Assembly (NCBI GenBank): GCA_021513695.1
Contig: CP084166.1
Coordinates: 2,016,001 to 2,080,000, forward strand
DNA from: Candidatus Heimdallarchaeum aukensis
GTDB taxonomy: Archaea > Asgardarchaeota > Heimdallarchaeia > Heimdallarchaeales > Heimdallarchaeaceae
Direction of reading: 5' to 3'
Length of the DNA stretch: 64,000 bases
Positions 23,201-32,900 of this stretch are shown here, piece after piece (position 1 is the first letter of the stretch; each line of letters starts with the position of its first letter). The position numbers and the translations under genes were made by a program. The notes under the pieces were generated by a model. The model was not told the origin of the DNA, ran no database searches, and was given only the letters and a program-made list of their open reading frames with translations.

Positions 23201-23965
23201 CTCTCCCAAGAATACTATTCGGTGGACGATACTATCTATAAGGAGGATAGTTTATATGTTATGTTCCGTAATTATTTCTCATCAGAAAACTATTCTGTTT
23301 ACCTCAATTTATATGTTGAAAATTATTCTTTACCTCTGTCTCTTCTCCATGAAAATGATGAAGAGAGAAATGTTTATTCTGTTTATATCAAAAATGTAAT
23401 AGATAAATACCAATTAGAATTGTTAACTTATTCAGTTTCTATCAGAGACTATTTCAAAGTTCTATATACCTCTCGCAATTTCACTCTTTCTGTAGGCGAC
23501 GTTTCCCCACCTGTGATAGAAGAAATAAAAGTTAACTCTTTTTACAAATACGGTACACCAATTACAATCACATCTGTTGTCTCTGATAAAAATATGGACA
23601 AAGTAGAAGTAGAATTACTAGATCTTGATGAAAACAACGAATGGCGAGTCTATGAAAAATTATCTATGAAAGATACCTTTTCTTACTATTTTGTGAAATT
23701 TGAAGCCTTACGTATTCCTGGATATTACATAAGAGTTAAAGCTTCTGATAAGTCGTTTAATGTAGCTTATAGTGAAATTTTACGGGTGCATGTAGGAGAA
23801 AAAGTAAATAAAAACACTCAATCTTATTTTAATCAAGCCTTAATTTTATCATTCAGCTTGTTTATTGGCTCGTTGACTTTTATTCGTAAACGAACCTTTT
23901 TAAAAACAAAATTTTACTCTCTGAAATTTTTCAAAATAATAAATAAACAGTTTAGGAGGAAATAA
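11294..23965 (+). CDS. giant secreted surface protein (4223 aa) with about 18 tandem Ig-like/beta-sandwich modules and a C-terminal TM anchor
   Basis: SD-like AAGGTGGA lies 8 nt upstream. N-terminal signal peptide. Recurrent module-boundary motifs (PPTFAI, LPPVLL, SPPSINL, VPPEITY, TAPTVLF, NPPTITV, VPDITW, KKPIINY, SPPVIEE). Tyr/Asn/Ser/Thr-rich. C-terminal hydrophobic helix plus a basic tail (LILSFSLFIGSLTFIRKRTFLKTK). Confidence 0.85.
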   Translation: MEKIKIKKKLTIYSILIILIFSNLSGLNFKFLQAENGDQSPPSILRVTQFPEVPTQFDGVVVYVEVEDETGFSSIYLMYERNNNLTSIPMKYLPNYYGNGTCFYASLPSFSAGTKITYFIEVTDSSENQNIAHSLKYDYVVVSDGIPKIQLLNEPKFLYLGDEYKFQFTIYDEDNISLQDTGIDPPLLYYRTERVEGTQQVVYNSTTGVFESVLPSVNLLDGEMSEGENIEVWVGAYDKSPAHQYGESKHLQLPVINEKPYIYGVDRYPYIPLYNESFNLTTTIYYRENIGMNITQVSATINRYDEVTQKITKQSYILTQSEYSKFVFTGIIESIGYIDNIELKINCKYTSDYQIEEAEVEKQEKSFRVRDCEAPTILESGFSNGVSTLKEGEEVKIYANVLDRLNTKDVTAIITEEYKSGLQLIRSSKEYFQKMGYYGDDGISFIQQMSIDQSISGDFYFDGLVLKEEYVSAVRKEAASETLVIYAVEGKNELFIKIINPEGFVPLSYNQLVIQAKAIGQDILLAGVYTDLGETVVWNETVGEYVYDNVLPIDKVFTIDEYGTACLYNLQNMDDITNAIWIKFVPAEGGNFSSSDGLSIDNIRLFSINTLNGERIDSYHQEINHDFVEYYGYYQAKKVDQLITFYIQASDGINIQTQNNEETIIVTDGRPPTFAIKQISGVDIGDIEINFSMAITDYSIIDPTDAVNVRFHYKINGLEEISANLTVENNWDDKGKVWVYRLDTTTNLNFNDMWKYWFSAEDPCGNRGESKHYSFVVEENSAPTISLTCQTVTYNGEEKTVVDPAGAEIGISGEYLDINMDITENEGGSGIKLIQLYWYTSSHESNCWSSEVYSFMSSYSITNLTVAEKMIHNFDKVGILYYYAQVIDHAGNIYQTPEYQVQLIDNVNPIIKINSEYNSPNGLYNVDNSYGDISYNEDAYITLEIEDASTITNLILEAETSQGTFVGEVVWDEYYHDWTLQHYQIKINKAWEVGENINLKITAVDSFGNALNNIFLGTEYIVDKLPPVLLSYSDNNYELGGGEITISYQVKDIGSVVAYLYYNFNSSVETPSTENATLSDFQVAVMDLESIDNTKYAPYTEWSFTKTLSLPSGILYPAVSIYFVALDEYNNSLTCIGGKAYSLPNFDIETSIYTPRIESYKKLADKFGDFREYPRDNVDKRWVGETETTIISYDFSVEENFSINYAHPYGDRFAKSVVDFYTHYCENSFYALGAPDGNMAEVTGSIRLDMGHEGIIVSKPGDGADFTVYGGSGQYQVLVFNSWFPMEEYHYLGTGTGITSWDLEDEGLDKARYVEIWSETVEDDIPVYIDAIEAIHCDGDSFTAQEWQNAEENNGIPANIEDKQLSMYYHGYNENNEILEITANPEFYDYLYLPLWMNTYLPQIKLSINFVQQPYSVDLFAVDNMARDTLMQNGSYVHLGKIDGSGVYYFACSYPNRYTGVLFKIRHNWARITSELVQMYNYEFTLDYIKLFGIFYRIEELSGPNYLEFEKMYEKNSGRNPDPLFLQMENYNGENQKSASIGNITEEIWYDAINELEVFYGTKGEWFYLAIDRASEKPNNSIVTDVQIVYVDGERLYWKSAYNNQKRIALIFDTLEFYETYGVSNYFYIMSNATIDGDGFTAYYYSFYSNNELLQGFNYEGIPQADFRTGDALNPTLEDTSYDSPWWNNPLDFTSLHSDKHGCIVVQIQENQSGNLDHLNFEGYYSFLLDDLYLGGEELHENRIGYLPIHIEGFSYYNGIMNGFYITDDIHPKLRLQTSIENLYSHPLELKYVLPVAFIDYGEGWLPREIENYDNSYLANERYRWIEVEFHNKIQYDITELNNDSCTLWQKVFDSQSNEIYFEESYTHYKSKNVDNEFTKSFSHIIPESEAIFPSSYQYFTYRASLNYVGSISSSDYIQVDSPEFRIGNTKKEDSNINEQYERAKDGNRFYYFLPYESDTNSIAFVNISSKTIRFDDEACTPSNIIDKINIKARLSLDIGESIEKVSIYKIYAIDIENKEHVLYLSNDDEYYFDYTSDLNYEIELNISADSAYFYIIKEFKVEFKIKTFTQSAQNVLEICFAELKVITDEFLPYDVTYPKDTSPPSINLIPVSPLSLENSTWTFLYSAEDYSGLKNNQFQYRIKYDWGGIDDQGIVYTKSDSYSEYMVFDLGDIFNIYSPSPQIEGDVTYYAKRIWIEIYAVDGSIWENEYIYEKTWQIDDGINPWIEQQFNYLIVQMYNNSQLIWTEAKDIAGVNTVELIIVNIEDFHHNIYQINDIYTLNKINNRWYLGDGLTPFSFYKYGDEEIIPYKVNYYYTIHAEDGKVWDSEIFTLQYKDGIAPSYYTHSIEAYTDAEDVIIEIWTYDEIFTSDELNVSAEYCQSIYENFEWTNNGTIYYESFSLQTDGEIIHNGETYYRYKLVIPHDRIEAGYGIVGKIIVSDLASIPNVFTIPIELQLYDSRIVLGTPYLNPTPDQNGYVHFLSDLSLSVTIIESYYPTPVVWADVYVNNVYSTTLNLGTGDYVTYVYGSFDYNTLGATLQDEVRLELHASATINTETVNEEETRIIDFVYWDIVPPEITYVSSIPARMNPAEFTFKVKEDIRTIIPGLITIEYSPYNQNNWNPCSVDYTESLGNGEWLVNASFDSSSMSAGEIYDFNITVTDYYSVTNLIVSRTLTDITAPTVLFNSPSSPGYSQDITVEAVLVDDSAVDTENVYINYKNENGEWVYTTNFSNEQKMIYDANTNSFHFTLVSENHQAPYAMLIKIWCQDEYANSHWSEFTISLEDDTPPLIMNDEVLVNIDNINEITAVADTEIVIRARDAWSEIRETEVQVYKEVGTDSWELIAVILLSPDSSRDEGIFKGYSGILNRETLETNNVVTGTRLKFIPWFVDDKGNEVDTLEVTRTVIEGKPEIKSVTMNPSPSSYLPYNSTVNIEVNATCVYGVEDVKLDIYIDEVLKIADYSFTFDSGTNTWKTVLPDLSQYARQNVKLMIYSYTTPPGENSLSSSPEIIEYYLKDIYAPVYLENNIPLLFAEQSNNKVWFAVYEDITILAETNIAVKFKKHGIISTYYATINSITNYYDGDCKKYKIEATLDDLINFSAGENIDIILEVTDDEGNLLSQTFDGSYGTGITLIESNPPTITVESSFTSSQEEGVDYEIGYNEDLIFDFSLNDVSGVDVGSVAYSYTIIDPSSSFSPSGTNPFSFTIGSTNYDYNALITININAQDIHGFGSSFLYRFRTIDNVLPSDIVFTSGLSSTIEVDSPYSFSFRGIDEITPNKNIECKYRLSYDGGSTWTSYTVLDTSSYDSANDEWDVTIGAYSDLRTVTVEVVVTDQSANSRSETFSYTVIDTLVPDITWDNAPTSYGDNSDLWFSAFITDNIAVDESSIDFYYVKQGDSTVYHLSYETDPLLTNLYKAKIPNSALSWQNVVTYYVYAEDSSGNSLEISKTVTINIDEKKPIINYFDYGAENTFYYYDYSVDVIKDSWDFEDDTDGWADAGIYSSQRYVNEYGNLIVRVDSGTRYYFGTYYYEYTHPINMVDTSYRVFRISWRVNHVPSGASVRMCVGVSSSGNGENFWDHDTWRYSSWYSDTNWHTSVFYFDSFDSSTDGRNIQKIRLHVASSSSSATFTPSTDYWACQYINLYAHENKPSFDRSGAIYVTVDDNSDLSSVKAYVKRSDQSSWQGGWTLTNYMTNRWYIYANEMYFIWYSSSSWYDIKVVATDSNSNTETVTFTQKIQTLDMRWPSITSISSDDYNIYNDEYCYITVNTYDPGDPWNGDQGASRIYYSTNVDFYYKASSQSYWTHFSTNYFSESGKYANAKFSAASSFPDQDIQFKAIVTDRAGNSITSSIITVHVTKRHNAPVVVSRWDSGYDQTKANDYFYARAHITCDTDDISSVDIRYGPSTSSYTTLSGGASKYSGTLRDGYWQKGLYGGDTIGERVYFSFRAKSVAGVTGSWSSWDYVEYKGILLSQEYYSVDDTIYKEDSLYVMFRNYFSSENYSVYLNLYVENYSLPLSLLHENDEERNVYSVYIKNVIDKYQLELLTYSVSIRDYFKVLYTSRNFTLSVGDVSPPVIEEIKVNSFYKYGTPITITSVVSDKNMDKVEVELLDLDENNEWRVYEKLSMKDTFSYYFVKFEALRIPGYYIRVKASDKSFNVAYSEILRVHVGEKVNKNTQSYFNQALILSFSLFIGSLTFIRKRTFLKTKFYSLKFFKIINKQFRRK

Positions 23966-23967
23966 AA

Positions 23968-26900
23968 ATGCAAAAAATCAAATCTAAAATGAATACTTTT
24001 CTAGGCAAATTGAATAAACGTAGTCTTGTTATTACAGGAGTAGCGTTATTTATTTCAGTAATTGTTATCCTTCAGAGTTTCTCTATTGCTCTCTATCCTC
24101 AATCATCAGACGATGATAGCTATACCTTTTTCTACTCTGACTTTTCAGATAAAGAAGAGTGGAAAGGAGTTTATCGCTTATCTTGGGGGTCTATAATTGT
24201 AGATAGTAATTTTAATGCTATGAGTAAAAAAATAGACCTTTATTGGTATGGTATGCAACAGTTGTTCTTAGAAGTGAAAGGAATAGATAGTTTAAAACTT
24301 GATTCTTCTTCAGCAATACAAGTTATAGACGCTGATACTTCTCGCATCTTATATGAACTTCGAGGATCTCAACTTTCTTCATTTAATGTCTCTGTAGACT
24401 TGTCCGCATACGTGTATGAAGACACTTCAGCGCTATATATCAATATTATTGGAAGCATAAAAATTATTGATTATATAAGAATTTTTACTCCTAAACTGTA
24501 TTATCATAATTTTCTTAACGATGGAAAAACTTTTCCGAATGCTTATCACGAATTTAATCAGTTATATATTGATTATTTAGCCTACACAGAAGAAGTGACC
24601 TATGAAACTCCAGTTATCAAAGTTCCAGAAGGTAATAACGTTAATCTTACTTTCGCTTTTAATTTAGTCCCATCGCTTACTTCTAATTATTCTATGTTTG
24701 CTCATATTTATGCCGATATATATGGATTAGGAGGTTTTGGTGAAGTAGAACAGCGAATAGAATTAGGATACAGTTATACAAATATGAGTTTTGGAGCAGA
24801 CTATGTCTCTCTTATTGATAAAGAAATAACACTTTTAGGAAACTACTATGTAAGATTTTACTTAAATTTTGATTGTTTTGAAACAAATGAGGAAGACATA
24901 CAAATAAAATTAATTGCTTTTTTCATTCAACCTCACAATAACGTTGAAGAGCAGTCTGAATATGTCGACCCTGCACTTTATATTCGCAAATCTCCCAATG
25001 CTTATATCTCTGAACAAGTAGTAGAAGGAAGGGTATTTAATGCTCTTACCGTTGATAGACAAGGATACATTGCTACATATAAGATCTCACATATGGATAC
25101 GATATTTTATGATAAATTAGATCCAAGCACTATTGAAGAAAATTATACAATAGGTAACCCTGATACCTTAGTATATGATTTCGACAGTTCTAAGAATCTG
25201 AGATTAAACTCCTCAGGTTACCTTTATTCCTCTGAGTCTATTGGTAGTGATTTCTCTGTTTCTACTTCTTTTAATCTTAATAGTTTAGCAAGTAACCGTA
25301 TTTTTGCAGGTATAGGTATTTATGGCACACATTCTTACGAATTTGCTGTAGGGAATATGACTCTTTATGAAGAAACTTATGTTGATGAAGAGACAACCAC
25401 AGTGAAAGTAAAAGAGGTTTATCAAGCTTATTTACATGTCTACAAAGACAATTTATTAATTCGCTCTTATGCTCTCAATCAGACTTTTGGAGAAGGACAA
25501 GTTATTTCTCTTTCCCTTTCCTCTAAATTTGGTTATAAAGCTTATAGTGTTCAAATTAATTATGAAGAAATAGTTATTTCTCTTTCCGAGATTATAGCGA
25601 TAGGAGGAAAACCAGGTATATTTGCTAAAATTCCTCAACCTAGCCCTGATAACTTTGTTTCCTTTTACTACTTATCCGCAAGTGGTATAACAGAATATAG
25701 TCCCCGTCGTTTATTGATTTATAGTAAAACTCAACAATATGTTACTGTTGTACTTAAAGCTACAAGAATCAATCCTTTGAGTTTTTCTTCGGAAAAAGTA
25801 GTTATAGACGAAAAGAAGTTATCTCAAAACAAAGAAGGTATACTTTATTTTTCTTATATTCCTAAACCTTTTGAGTATATTCATTTAGAAGTGTATTGTA
25901 CTAATCCTGATGAAGAGCTAACTAGTTCATTTAGTATTTTGGCTATGAAATTCTCAGGAATACACGAATATAATACAATTATCCCCTCTTATGATTACTA
26001 TGATATATCTGATTCTGTCTATTTCGAGAAACGTAATCTTATTTCTGAAGACCTTTCTGATAATTTTATTGCCTCTTATGACGCAATAGTAGAAGAAAGG
26101 TATAGTTTATTGGAGATAGGTGCTGAAGCACAAGACTCTCTTCCCGATACCCAAATAGATATTTATACTCGAAAATTAAATAGTGGGCTTCCTTTCACCT
26201 TCCAAGGAACAGTTTACTGGACTGAACATGAAAGTGGAAGTTTCTTTTCTCATGTTCTTTATCTTGATCTTTCACCCGGAAATTATGAGATAAGATTAGA
26301 ACGACCTTTAATTTTTACAAGTAAATTAAATATTAGTTACCTTCTTCTTCGACCTTTGACCTCTTATGCTAATGCTGTAACTGATTCAGTAGGTTTTACC
26401 AACCCTTTATCTTGGGAAAAAGATTTTACCACTGATAAAATTGATGCATTCAATGGTATAGACCAGTTTATAGAAGAGAGTTATTACTCTTTAGTTCATC
26501 CCAGTTGTTATATGAAAGACGATGGAAATGGGAACTATGAACAATATACTGATTGGACGCCTTCTACAGATGATACACAGATATGGTCAGTAGAAGATAA
26601 CCTTGCTTCCTTTGTAGGAGGAGTAAAACTTGATATTCCTGATGTTTCCACTGGTCCTGAAGGCTATCCCTATTTGCGTTTTGTTGCTAGAACATATTCA
26701 AACTGTACAATAGACTTAAAATTAACTTTAACTTACTCTGATGGAAGCACAAACGAGTACTATTATTCTGTTTCTCAAGAACCAAAAGTATACTTTTTCA
26801 ATTTTGATTATACTGATAGTCTTAAAATTTTATCGGGAATAGAATTTTTCACCAACTATATCCTTTATAACGATAAGGACGAGTCTGTTATCGTTTCCGA

Positions 26901-29900
26901 TATTCATCTTTATCGCTTTACTAACATAGAAGTCAAACTAGAAGATCAGTCGTATTTAGATGATAGTGGATTTGACACCTCTGACTATTCAGGAGACAAT
27001 TTTTCTGTTGCTCCCTTTTTGAGCGATTATTATGGCTTGCTTGATATAGATTTAAATTATATTCCATCAAACGAAAGGGTTAAAGTATGGACAGATAACG
27101 ATGCGGAAGGATTAAAACAATATTACTATAATTATAACAACCATTATTTGCTTCCTTCTACCGTTACTGTTCCTATAAACGATTGGAGGGTAAATAAAGG
27201 AGCGTCAGTAGGAATCTATTCTACTCCCTTAACTTCATTGAATCTTAATTTTATGATTAGTATGGATATTGAAAATAGAAAGACGTTTAATGAGGATATG
27301 ACAATTGAACTTTTTGAATATAAATTCAAGCCTAATACTGATGCTTATGCTACTTCTCTTCCTTATTCTTATTATAAACTTAAGTTCTATCTTTATGGTT
27401 CAATTGAAATGCAAAATGAAGAAGGAGAGATGGAAGGAGGATATTTGTACTACCGTTTATTTGCTTATGATGGAGTAGAAGAAACTGAACTTACTCCTAC
27501 TTACGATATGTTGAGCGATAATACTGATTTTCTTCAAGCTATATCTACTAATACTTTAGACTTTCCTAATATGCTAAGAATAACTGAAAATTATGAAAAA
27601 GGTATTACGCACCTTATTTATAATACAAATGAAGAAAGTGAACTTCGTGCTGTTTTTCCTGTCAATTTTGAAGAAGCGTATACTATTTCTATTCACTTTG
27701 GTCAAGATCAAGAAATTAAAAGAGAGTATGCCGATGCTGATTCTAAAGATGAGGTTTTTGACACACCATTTTTTGTAGGTGTATCCTCTTTTGACACTTT
27801 TCTGGATCTATATGGAGGAAGTGGAGAAAAAGCTACTCTATTATTCGCTGATGTAACAATTCCTAGTTCAATGTTTCCTTCTCTTTTTATTCAGACTTCT
27901 GAAGCTATTAACTCCACTACTGAACTTACATGGGGAACAGATTATTCTATTAATTGGTCACCTGAACCTACTTTCTATGTTAATTCTTACGAACCTTCTA
28001 GAAACGAAGAGACAGGGTATAAACCTCTTGCACATCACATTAACTTGTTTGAAAACCGTTATTTACTTTTGGAAGATTTAAAAACAATTTTTGAAGAAAT
28101 AGATGTTACTCCCTATTTAGTAAACGAAAACTATGGAGACTTTATTTATTTACCCAAATATTATTCTGCCACGCTTTCTACTCTTCAAGATGTATATGTT
28201 ACTACTTATGACTTAAGCTTTGAAGGGACAGGAAATTTCCAACTTATAGGTAATACCATACTCAAATCTTATATTTTTGATTATAACGACGAGAAAAACA
28301 AAAATTGGAAAAATGAATTTATTGATAAAACTGTTAGTTCTTTGAAGTTTATTTCTACTTATGAAAAAGACACTTTACCTAAAACCTATCTTTCATGTTT
28401 AGATTATTTATCTTATGAATATTACGCAAAAAACAAAAAAAGAGAGTATTCTTTTACTGACGGTTTTACTAATTATGAAGACTGGACAACAGTTGATTTT
28501 AGCCTCTTTGAAAGAGTAAAAGAACCTTCTTTACGTTCTTCTCCTCTAGGCTTAGTTATAGATGAGAATTCCATAGATTTTACCAGCGAAAATATGGATA
28601 GTATTTACGATTATTTTGACCCCACTGATGAGTTAGAAGATCTTTTCTCTTTTTCTGGAAAAACTATATATTATCTTCCCAGTTACTATATGAAAGGAGG
28701 AAATGACCAACCTGGTCATAGCCTTTGGGATAGAGTAATTGCAGGTGAAGCATTTCAAGGATTTAACCCTTCCTCTTCCCCCTATTATCAGAACCAGCTA
28801 TATCTTTACAACAATTGGATGTACGATTTGCAAAGCCAAATAATACAAAAAGAAGGATATAATATATATGACCAGAATGAATTACAGATTTATAATATCT
28901 ACGATGAAATTCCAGGTGATCACCGTGACTTTTCTTGTATGTTACCCGATTATTTAAGATTTAAACCAGTTTACTATTCTACTAGTTTACCTAAAAATTT
29001 TATATGGTCGTTTGATATAAACGTTGATTCATGGAGTCTTGGTAACCTTGCTGAAAACTATGTCAAATTTTTTGACAAAGAAGAAGGAAGATACTCTTTC
29101 TATATTAGTATACCTATTATTTTACCTTCTCATGGAAACAAACCTTATTATCAAGATTTAGCCCAAGCTCCCAATGTGTTAAGACTTTTCATCTATTATG
29201 ATTCAGGAACAGAATATCACGATTCAGATACAGAGACAGGATTTTTTAAACTTGACCCCCATTATAGTATCTATTTAGGTCGATCGATAATAGGAATTTG
29301 GAAGGCTTCAGAAAGTGTATCCCTCCATTTCGAAATAGCGGTAGAGGAAAAAGAGATAGACGAGAGTTATGCTATTTATCAAGAGGGTGTTAATGGAGGT
29401 CCTCAAATTACAGCTTATTACGATTATAACCTCCAGATGTGGATAAATAATGACAATATGTACTGGGATTTGCTTAAATTGCCGATGTGGATGTTGACAA
29501 TAGCTTATCCATATAAAGACAAAGATGATAATAAAGCAATACCCAATAACTACCAGTACGACCTCATGTATAATCAGTTATTTAATACTCAAAACTCTGA
29601 AAACGGTTATATCAACCCTCAATATTCTGAGGCTTTTAACACTTACTACAAAGGATTATATGGGGATAAAGAACCTAATGGTTTTCAACCTGACGCTAGA
29701 CTGTTTTTCGATACTGGGTCATTAACTGAACATACTTACCATTGGTTGCAATATCAACGTTCTTTAGTTTCCGATAAATATTACTCTTTATCTTTATCCG
29801 AGTACGGTATCGACCCTTCTAACCCTTCTCTTTACGATTGGGATTATCACTATTATAGCAGAGACAATTATGCAGGAATGGTTCGTTCAGATTTAGCGGA

Positions 29901-32900
29901 TGTAAGGTTTGAGAACCCTCGATATGTTAGTGGAGAATATAATTGGGCTAACATAGCAAATGAAATTTATGAATATGATACTGCTTTATATAACATAGAT
30001 TATGCTTTAGATAATAGTTTATACAAAATCCCACAAAGAACAATAGGTTTTGGAGTCAATTATCCTTTTGTGGGGATAAGTGACGTTTCTATTACTCCTC
30101 TTAACTCTATTCAGACAACTGATCTGGATGAGGATGGAGAAGAAGATTTCTCAATTATCAACGGAGACGTAGCAACGGATGGAGAAAATGTTATAGTTAA
30201 ACCTGGTAGTGCAATAACCTCTTTAGATCTGACAAATGATTTGGATATAGCTATTAAATATAAAGACATAATATCTTCTTGTAGGGGTTATTATGATAAC
30301 ACTTTTCTAGACTACTCTTTCGAAGTTGGGTTACAAGATTTGCATAACCCTAATCTTAAATATTATTTTTATATGAAAAATAGCTATCCATATAACCAAT
30401 ATTTTGAGTATGTAAATTCAGGACAGATTGATAATATCGTTCCTTTTACAGAAGACGATTCTTTACCAAGTTTAGATTCAGAAATAACTCAACCACTTAT
30501 GGGAACATATGTGGGGATAAAAGGTTACGCTCAGAGTTCGTCAGACTATTCATTAATAACAGACACACTTTCTTCTACTTTCAAACGTATATTTCAACCC
30601 AAGAATTCGATTTTATATGATTATTTAAATATAAAATATGATGTTACCACTAAAATATTGACTTTTATACTCTGGTCGGAAAAATACGGTAATAAGCAAT
30701 CCTATGAAATAAGCTATAACCTTTCGGAAACAGGAGAATTAGGAACGAATGATTTGACAAATTATACCTTATATTTTAAGACAGAGAACGCTTACTTGTT
30801 TATAGATAAGATTTACACTCGAACCTTTATGCCTGTAGAGGATACTAATTCTGAACGCTATTACAGAGGAGCAGGAAAACTAGGGGATTATTATCTTTAC
30901 TCTCCTGTTAATCATGGGTTAGAATTACAAAATCAAGTTAAACTTAACTATGAAGATTATAATCTTAATTCTTTTCCTTCCACTGAATTTTATTTCATAC
31001 CTACTTCAGAGTCCAGTTTCTCCTTAGATTTATTTGGAATAAAGAGTGATGATACACTCGAGAATTTTCTTAAGTTGGAAATAAATGGAAAAGAGTGTAA
31101 ACTTTCATTAGATTCTGGAGACTCATGGAATTCTCTCAATAATACAGAAATAGAGAATATGTTTGATGTGGTGAATAGTTATACTTGGAACAGTTTATCT
31201 ATTCATCGTGGGAGTGAAGAAGACCAGCTGATTATAACTCTGAATAATCAAGATTATCCTTTCGTTTTTCATATTGATACCGAGGAATATTATAAGTACA
31301 AGTTCACTTTAACTCATAAGCGTTCAAGAACTATAATAGACAATTTATCTTTCCTTTCTCTCTATGAGGAATTTGAAAATGAAAGAAAATTGTTAGACGA
31401 TGAGTGGGAAAAAGATATTTCTCGAGGATTTTACAGACAGATACAGGTGACAAAAGCTCAATCCCAACTAATTATTTATGGTGCATCGATTATAGAAGGA
31501 GAAACAGAAGTTACAGTGACCTTCAATGATGACCCCACTACTACTGTCAGTCAAATTTGGAAACAATCTTCTATAGGATTGAAAATGGACTATTATTCTT
31601 ATCTTATACCTTCTTCTGTCGATATGTCTTTGCCAGTTAAAGTTTCTCTTTCTGTTAGTAATATGGCTATAATCAATTGGTTAAGTATTGAACCGATGAA
31701 AGATATTGAGTCTATACTTTATCTTTCTAACAATAATAAGTATATAGACCAAGTCTATAGTCCAATGGAGTATCTTTCTGGTTCAGAACTTGTCTATTCT
31801 TCCACCTATGAGCAACCTCATGCTCTTGAAGTCGGAGGAACAACACAAGTAAAGTTCAAGTATAATTATTCTCCTGAAGATCTAGATGTCGCTCCTAACG
31901 TGGTTTTTGAAGGATTTATAAAAGGACAAGGTAAAATCTCTTTCTCTTTTCAAGTTAAACTTCCAGACAAATTTACTAGTTTGAATGTGAATTTCATAGG
32001 TTTAGTAGGTGTAGGAGAGAGTACAGAGCAGTATATTGCTACAATCAGCAGAGAAGAAAAAACGATTACTTATTCCGCTATTCTAAGTTCAGCAGAGGAG
32101 CAAGAACAGTGGAAATATTTCTATATTAGCCTTTATCAGCTTGCGAGACATATTCCTAAAGAATTACTTGTAGATAATTATTCAAATGGAAATAAAGAGG
32201 TTGATCTATTAGATGAAAATTACCCTGTTTCTGGTATAATTTCTGATGCAAAAATGGTCGTTAATTATGAAGGTTCATATGTGGAAAAAATCATCCAATT
32301 AGAAAAAGGAGCAAATCAAAATCTATACATTTCTGACTTGAAATCTACAATTACTAACATCCATAGCGCATATCCTTACGAAAATGCTTTATCTTCTTTG
32401 CCTGAGGAAATAAAATGGAAAAAATATGATGTTCCATTTGATGGGTATATTCCTCTTGATAATGTCTATCTTGATGATTTTGACGGTAGTTCGTATTATA
32501 TCTACGATGTAGTGGTTTATGTTGATGCTTCCACTTATTCTAAAGTACATTTAACAGTTGAAACTGAGGGATCTTTTGTTCTTTCTAACCGCTACTCTAT
32601 AATATTACAAAAGATGGGTTTTTCAAACGAAGTTGTTTCTACAGTCTTTAGCGCACAACAAGGATATACTCCCTTGTATCTTCACGTTGTTTTTCCAAAA
32701 ACAGCTTTTAATCAGAATATACGCATTCAATACATCTCCAATGGAGGAGTGGCTATAAGTGCTGAAAACAATAGAGAAGGAGATGCCATATCAGAGTGGT
32801 TGATCTCTACTCCTTTCTATTCGGAAAAAAATGAGGACACCGTTGATTATCTTAATTTTATTTCACAAGTTACACCTATGGAAGGAGAGCGATTCGAAAA